This document shows, one piece after another, positions 59,771 through 64,000 of a stretch of DNA of 64,000 bases (position 1 is its first letter; each line of letters starts with the position of its first letter). The position numbers were made by a program, and so were the translations under genes. Under the pieces are notes generated by a model that saw only the letters and a list, made by a program, of their open reading frames with translations, did not search any database and was not told where the DNA came from. Source of the stretch: Squalus acanthias (lineage: Eukaryota); NCBI GenBank assembly GCA_030390025.1, contig CM059432.1, positions 81,904,001 to 81,968,000 on the forward strand, given 5' to 3'.

Positions 59771-60954
59771 GCTAGACAGTGGATATTGTTCATTTCCGCC
59801 CCCACCCCCCCAACCATCATCTATTTATTGCAGTTTTGCTTTACAGAAGTGGTCGGGGGGTGGGGGGCGAGCGGGGCGGAGTGGGGGTGCAGAGGGAAAC
59901 AGAGACCCATGACCTTCATGTGCTGCTCTCCCTATTTACTTGTCTTCCAGCCACCACTCCAAATCAAGGCCAGAATCCTGTGATTCCAATAGTTAAAACA
60001 ACAAATCCAAATCCGCACTTTTAGTTTTAACTGGAGACCCAACTGTAGCTTGCTGGACCCAGGAACATTTGAGTCATTGATGACATTGGATCTCTGGAGA
60101 CCCAGTTATTTAAATTGAAGAGTCCCAATCAGTAGCACCCGCCAATAACATTCCAGCAATGTAAAACCATTTAAAAATTGCATGATTTAAGGTAGGACCC
60201 CAGATACCACATGGAGTCCTGTGCAGACAGGAAAGTCCATTTTAAATTTGCTATACACAGGGACAGTTCCTATCCACTGCCAGTCCAGGCCAGCTATGAG
60301 TTGTCAGGAAGGGTGGGGCTTTTCCATTTAAGTTAACTGAATAATAACTAGAATTTTCCTAATAGCTAGGAAACAAGATAGTGCTTATTTATAATACAGC
60401 ACTAAGTTTGCAATTTTTTCTATATTTTTTCGGCTGTATTTCGGTTTTTTTAAATCAGCAGACAGGAATACACAGGAGGATGTTTAAAGCTAGAAATGGA
60501 TCCATAGCAACATTTTGGCAAAAGATTGTTCAAGAGCTGGCAACTCTGTCTGGGCCAGTGACTCTGTTAGCCGTGCTCCACAGTTAGCCAACAGGAAGCC
60601 AAATCTAGCGTGATCTGGACAAAGCAGGTTCTGCCAGTTTTCCTCTGTCCCTGCCCCTTCAGATGGAATGAATGCCTTATTACTGAAAAAACTCAGCTAT
60701 TAAGCACTCACCCAACTGAGGCAAGTAAAGCTGCTTCTATATTGGCCTTCTTTTAATTCAGATTCCAGGAGACAGGCTTTCTGTTATTACACTGCTAAAT
60801 ATGGTTTCCTTATCCTAACAGCAGACTCTCGTACCCAGTTTTTTGTGGGTCTGTAACTCTGCTGCCAGAATAAAAGAGCCAGATTTAATAGCATAAATGC
60901 CTCATGAATGTTGGTTTCCCAGAATCTGAATGAAACAGTATTTTATATTTTAAA

Positions 60955-61290
60955 GAAAGAAAACACAATCTTTCACTTATATGGCACCTTATCAAATCCT
61001 CACTACACCCCAAAGCACTTCACATGCAGTGAATTATTTTTGAAATGTAGTCATTGTTGTTATGTAGGCAAATTACTCACAGTAGTGTCCCACAAACAGT
61101 AATGGCTAGATGGCCTGTTGAGGGGGGAATGTTGCATAGGGCCCCATCAGAACTCCCTGCTCTTCTTCAAAGAGTGAAAGACAGCAACCTCCACAATGTA
61201 GCACCCCCTCAGTATTGCACTGCAGTGTCAGCCCATATTGTGAGCTCAAGTCGTGGAAAGAGGCTTGAATCCTCAACCTTCGGCTGACAT
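60955..61290 (-). mobile_element. Degenerate Deu-domain SINE
   Basis: Tail, core (CTCCCTGCTCTTCTTCAAA) and head pieces in reverse orientation. Confidence 0.65.
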
Positions 61291-61716
61291 TTTTAGTAAG
61301 CCAACTAGGTCTACAAGCCTGCTGCTAGCCTACAGATTTAGCAGCATAAATGCCAGGAGTTGGTTCATAAGCTCTAGGATGTGAGAAACCAAATTAAAAG
61401 GCCAATAGTGCTTTAAAACAGCACCACCGTAAAAGCAGCTTTAATCTGTGTGAGAGGCAGCTGTGCGTACTCCACTCCTGACCTTTGTTGGAACTACTGG
61501 GCCACAGTTAGCCACTTGCAATGTCTGTGTAGCGGGTTATCCCCCCATTGGGGGGAGGCTTACTCGGTTATGTCTTTGCAAATCTTCATGTGTTAATAGT
61601 GTTTTAATGTGTACAACAAAGTCTGTACTAAATCATAGAATTGTAGTATATACAAAATGTTAAGTGAGAATGATCTGAATAGTGTTAGCAGTTAACTCCA
61701 GTAGGGTTAATTTCCA

Positions 61717-62118
61717 ATAATAAAATCAGAAAATGCTGGAAATACTCAGCAGGTCAAGCAGCATCTGTGGAGTGAGAAACAGAGGTCGATGACCCTTCGT
61801 CAAAACTGGAAAAAGTTAGAGATGGAACAGATTTTAAGCAAGTACAGAGACAGGGAAAGGTGGGGGGGGGGAGGAAAAATGGTCTTTGATAGGGTGGAAG
61901 GCAGGAGTGATTAAATGACAAAAGGGATGATGGCGCAAGGCAAAAGGGGGTGGTAATGGGACAAGTAAAGAAACAAAAGATGGGTCTAGAGGAGGTGTAA
62001 ATTACAACAGCAGAACCATTAACAGCACCTGCTGTCCAAAAAATGAGGGCAGTGATTACGATCTGAAATAGTTGAACTCTTGTGTTGAGTCCAGAAGGTT
62101 GTAAAGCGCCTCATCGAA
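61717..62118 (-). mobile_element. Penelope-like element 3' end (family B)
   Basis: Reverse complement of the 40257-40764 family; 14-bp TSD AGGGTTAATTTCCA at 61703-61716 and 62119-62132. Confidence 0.88.
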
Positions 62119-63799
62119 AGGGTTAATTTCCACCTGCTTTTAATTCTTTTCTAATGGTTCTTAAATTTAGTTGATCTGATTTCCATAGACATTTATACTG
62201 AGGGAAAATATCAGCTTCGAATTGATGAGAATTGCACTGTTGAAGCTGCACAACACCCTTGAGCTAGAAAAAGTTAATGAACTAGCTGAGGAAAGCTTGC
62301 CTCTACCTTGCTGAGATGTACAGGATTAGCTGTTTTACATTGTGCGTGTGGTAGGTCGGACTGGCAATTCGCTCCATACCTTGCATTTTTGATCTGTTTG
62401 GGGTTTTTTGAGCTCTCTTTGTTGTCGAGGTTTTAGGCTCTATTGTCTGCTAGAAATAGATTCCAAGGTCTGATCACAGAACAGACTAAACATTTGCTGA
62501 TTCTTAGGTTTCTTTCAAAACACTAAGGCCGTGCATCACTGGCACTGAAACCATTTTATTCACTTTTCAAATAAACTGGGTGTCGTTTCCTACTTCAGGC
62601 TGTAAAATTTTATGTTTTGAAAGAAGTATTTTTTAATAGGCCGACTGATTTCTTTAATCATTGTGAATGCAAATAAAACATTATAAACTCTGCATGAATA
62701 TGGATAGCTTCAGTTAAGAGAGTTTGGCTGAACTAGAAGTAAACCCCCCACAGCACAGAATAGAACAAACTGTAGAGAAATGGAGAAAGGATGAAAGAAC
62801 TAGATATCTGATAAGCAGCGAAAGCAGAAGGAAAGGAATGTTATCTGGGATTATTTTCAAGACTGTGGAATATCAAATATAGTATGTCAATCTGACTTTC
62901 TTGAACTGTGGGAGATACACATGTTCTGTTTGATGACAATATATTTAATTTTAGGTTCCTTTTTAATTCATCCTTTTTCGTCCAAGCCGCTTAAGAATAA
63001 TCATAATGCTAATACAGCAACAAAGTTGATCCAATTTACTTTGCTCTAAAATAAACACACTTGAGCAAATATACACTGTTAAAGGTACAATTTACTGGAT
63101 TGTGTCTGCATTTTAGACAAACTTATCCAATTTATCTACAGGATATATATTAGACAAGATATTCAAAAATGTCCATAATACGTGATTCTAGGACTTTCCA
63201 TTTATGCGGTTGTGAATTTTTAGTTCAATTTTGGCTTTTTGTTTTTCCACTGCATGCAATTACTGAAAACCCTGCCTCTTTTCCCCACGAGAAATATTAT
63301 AAAGCACATTGTAGTGGGGTTCAAAAGGTGAAAGAGCAGGTGTTTTAGGCTGCATTTTCCAGTTGGTCTGGTTAAGGTTGAAAGACGCATTTTAGCTGGA
63401 AAGTCAGTTTAATAATGTCTCTTGAAACAAAGGATGCAGTCTTGCCATCTGGGGCTGTTCACATTTACTTACATTCAAAATAATTTTTTTACTTCCCCTT
63501 TTCTGATAGAGTCATGCTAATTGTAAGCAGAAGTGAAGGCAGCTATGGGCCTCCAATTGTTAACTTGAGGGGTGATTTGAATTTCTTTTTTGGTAAAGCA
63601 GAATGCAGATCAGGCAGTCTTGGTGGCACTTTAGCATCAACTAGTCCAAACTAAATGAAGAACTTATATCTTTATTTTCTTTCTGATTTTTTTACATTTT
63701 TATTTAAACCTTTTGACATTTTGGAGAGAATTGTGACATTGTGAAAGAGATGCATCAACTCAATATAGATTTTCCGAGTCCTCACCCTTGGCAAGATCA

Positions 63800-63914
63800 A
63801 AAATGAGAAGTCGCACAACACCAGGTTATAGTCCAACAGATTTATTTAATTTTACAAGCTTTCGGAGCTGATACAGACTGACTTGTTGCTGGCTCAGTGT
63901 GAGTGCCCACTGTA
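63800..63914 (-). mobile_element. Penelope family A tail fragment plus 46 bp of unassigned sequence
   Basis: 63800-63868 matches the reverse complement of ~14020-14088; direct repeat CTTGGCAAGATCA at 63787-63799 and 63915-63927. Confidence 0.8.
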
Positions 63915-64000
63915 CTTGGCAAGATCAGTAATAGATTCAGGCAGGAGAAGACTTTCGGTCCATCTAGTCCATCTAGTCCACCTATCGACAATATTCACTT

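Noticed and set aside
932..61663. Remaining short ORFs in the six-frame track
   Set aside because: No recognisable domains; most overlap repeats in shadow frames or start at non-ATG codons.
1..64000. CRISPR array, prokaryotic operon or endogenous viral gene
   Set aside because: No regularly spaced repeat-spacer array, no dense gene packing and no recognisable viral protein motifs were seen.

Overview
Repeat-dense vertebrate genomic DNA, most likely from a shark or other elasmobranch. That inference rests on the HE1/V-SINE, Deu-domain SINE, CR1, L2, RTE, Penelope and Harbinger families recognised here. No host protein-coding gene could be identified with confidence; the only candidate is a weak pair of 5' exons near 49.3-49.9 kb. 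Nearly all ORFs with a recognisable product are transposon relics. The main contents are: (i) many PIF/Harbinger elements with convergent Myb/SANT and DDE transposase genes, one nearly complete at ~27.1-29.4 kb, plus MITE derivatives; (ii) a young, 5'-truncated Penelope-like retroelement (RT + GIY-YIG) at 12.6-14.1 kb with a minimal hammerhead ribozyme in its 3' region, and a second Penelope family with hammerheads in several states of decay; (iii) CR1, L2 and RTE LINE fragments, SINEs and a pogo/Tigger MITE, often nested. The most unusual local feature is a Harbinger derivative (4342-6403) carrying an inverted ~200-bp copy of a nearby L2 in its state before a Penelope insertion. All family assignments are by eye, with no database search. 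Boundaries not fixed by a target-site duplication (TSD) or terminal inverted repeat (TIR) are approximate.
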